Part shown: positions 63,450-64,000 of the stretch, piece after piece
How positions within the stretch are numbered: the stretch's first letter is position 1
How the letters are laid out: the number at the start of each line of letters is the position of its first letter
From: a virus
Lineage: Duplodnaviria; Caudoviricetes
Strand: one strand, 5' to 3'
Length of the DNA: 64,000 nt
Virus record (IMG/VR): IMGVR_UViG_3300043603_000010
Location: 1-64,000 of that record
Notes under the pieces: generated by a model
What the model was told of the DNA's origin: nothing
What the model saw: only the letters and a program-made list of their open reading frames with translations
The model's database searches: none
Position numbers and translations under genes: made by a program

Positions 63450-63525
63450 TTTGACAGCTCCTGACACGCTCTGACAGACCCTGGACAGACACTGACAAAC
63501 AGGTCACGTCTGACAGGCTCTGACA
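63450..63525. repeat. Phased TGACA direct repeats (clt-like)
   Basis: TGACA at 63452, 63462, 63472, 63493, 63511, 63521; GGACA at 63483. Confidence 0.75.
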
Positions 63526-64000
63526 TCATCCGCCGTAGCCGTTGACCGACCGCAGCTGCGTCCGGATCCGGTACAGCGCCTTGCCGTCGCCCTCTTCCAG
63601 GACTCCGGTCTCCAGGAGGCGCTTCAGTTCGTCGTAGACCCAGGTGCGGCCCTTGCCGATCTCCGCCACCCAGTCCTTGAAGTCCGATCCCCGGACTTCA
63701 AGGACGCCATCGGCAGCCATCTCTTCGATCTTCATGGCCAGCGCTTCGCGTGCTTCGTCGGCGCCCACCACCTCCTCCGGTGCGGCCTGCGGCAGGTTGC
63801 CGATAGCTCGGACCGGCGGCAGTTCCTGAGTGATGTCCACAGGTCCGTCCTCCGTCTCCTTGACCAGTTCAGGTCCCTGAGTCTCTTCGTCGGCGTCTTC
63901 GTCGGTGCCGTCCGGCATGTCGACCGGGACCAGCGGCAGCCTCGCCGTGATCGCCTGGTCGGTCAGGCTCGGGATCCCGGCTCCGAGCCGCATCTTCGTG
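63526..64000 (-). CDS. C-terminus of a TraB/FtsK-like DNA translocase (partial, extends beyond window)
   Basis: Acidic linker then winged helix EVRGSDFKDW...GKGRTWVYDELKRLLETGVLEE...YRIR, resembling Streptomyces plasmid TraB C-termini. Confidence 0.55.
   Translation of the reverse strand, partial: TKMRLGAGIPSLTDQAITARLPLVPVDMPDGTDEDADEETQGPELVKETEDGPVDITQELPPVRAIGNLPQAAPEEVVGADEAREALAMKIEEMAADGVLEVRGSDFKDWVAEIGKGRTWVYDELKRLLETGVLEEGDGKALYRIRTQLRSVNGYGG

Noticed and set aside
63003-63467. 154-aa minus-strand ORF spanning the TGACA repeats
   Set aside because: It overlaps the better-supported 63092-63376 gene in another frame and has no RBS.

Overview
This window is about 64 kb of a high-GC siphovirus-type phage or prophage. 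The host is an actinomycete, most likely Streptomycetales, judged from WhiB, DUF1906 and DUF1360 genes and HrdB-like promoters. The plus strand (1-38.5 kb) runs in this order: cell-wall hydrolase/lysis genes, terminase large subunit, an inserted separately promoted cassette of four tandem Y-RNA-like ncRNAs plus a Ro60/TROVE gene, portal, a large 2H-phosphoesterase/MuF/prohead-protease fusion, capsid, tail genes (frameshifted chaperone, tape measure with lytic transglycosylase), and a glycosyltransferase. The minus strand (38.5-64 kb) carries ThyX, WhiB, a LuxR-type HTH, many small early genes interleaved with about 10 tRNA or tRNA-like elements (several non-canonical, one with a UAA anticodon on a short-variable-loop body), three near-identical 200-bp promoter/leader repeats, a glycosyltransferase-methyltransferase-epimerase cluster, and at the right edge the C-terminus of a TraB/FtsK-like gene followed by phased TGACA repeats resembling a Streptomyces plasmid clt locus. 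No integrase, DNA polymerase, rRNA or CRISPR array was recognised. All protein family calls come from motif recognition by eye, not from database searches.
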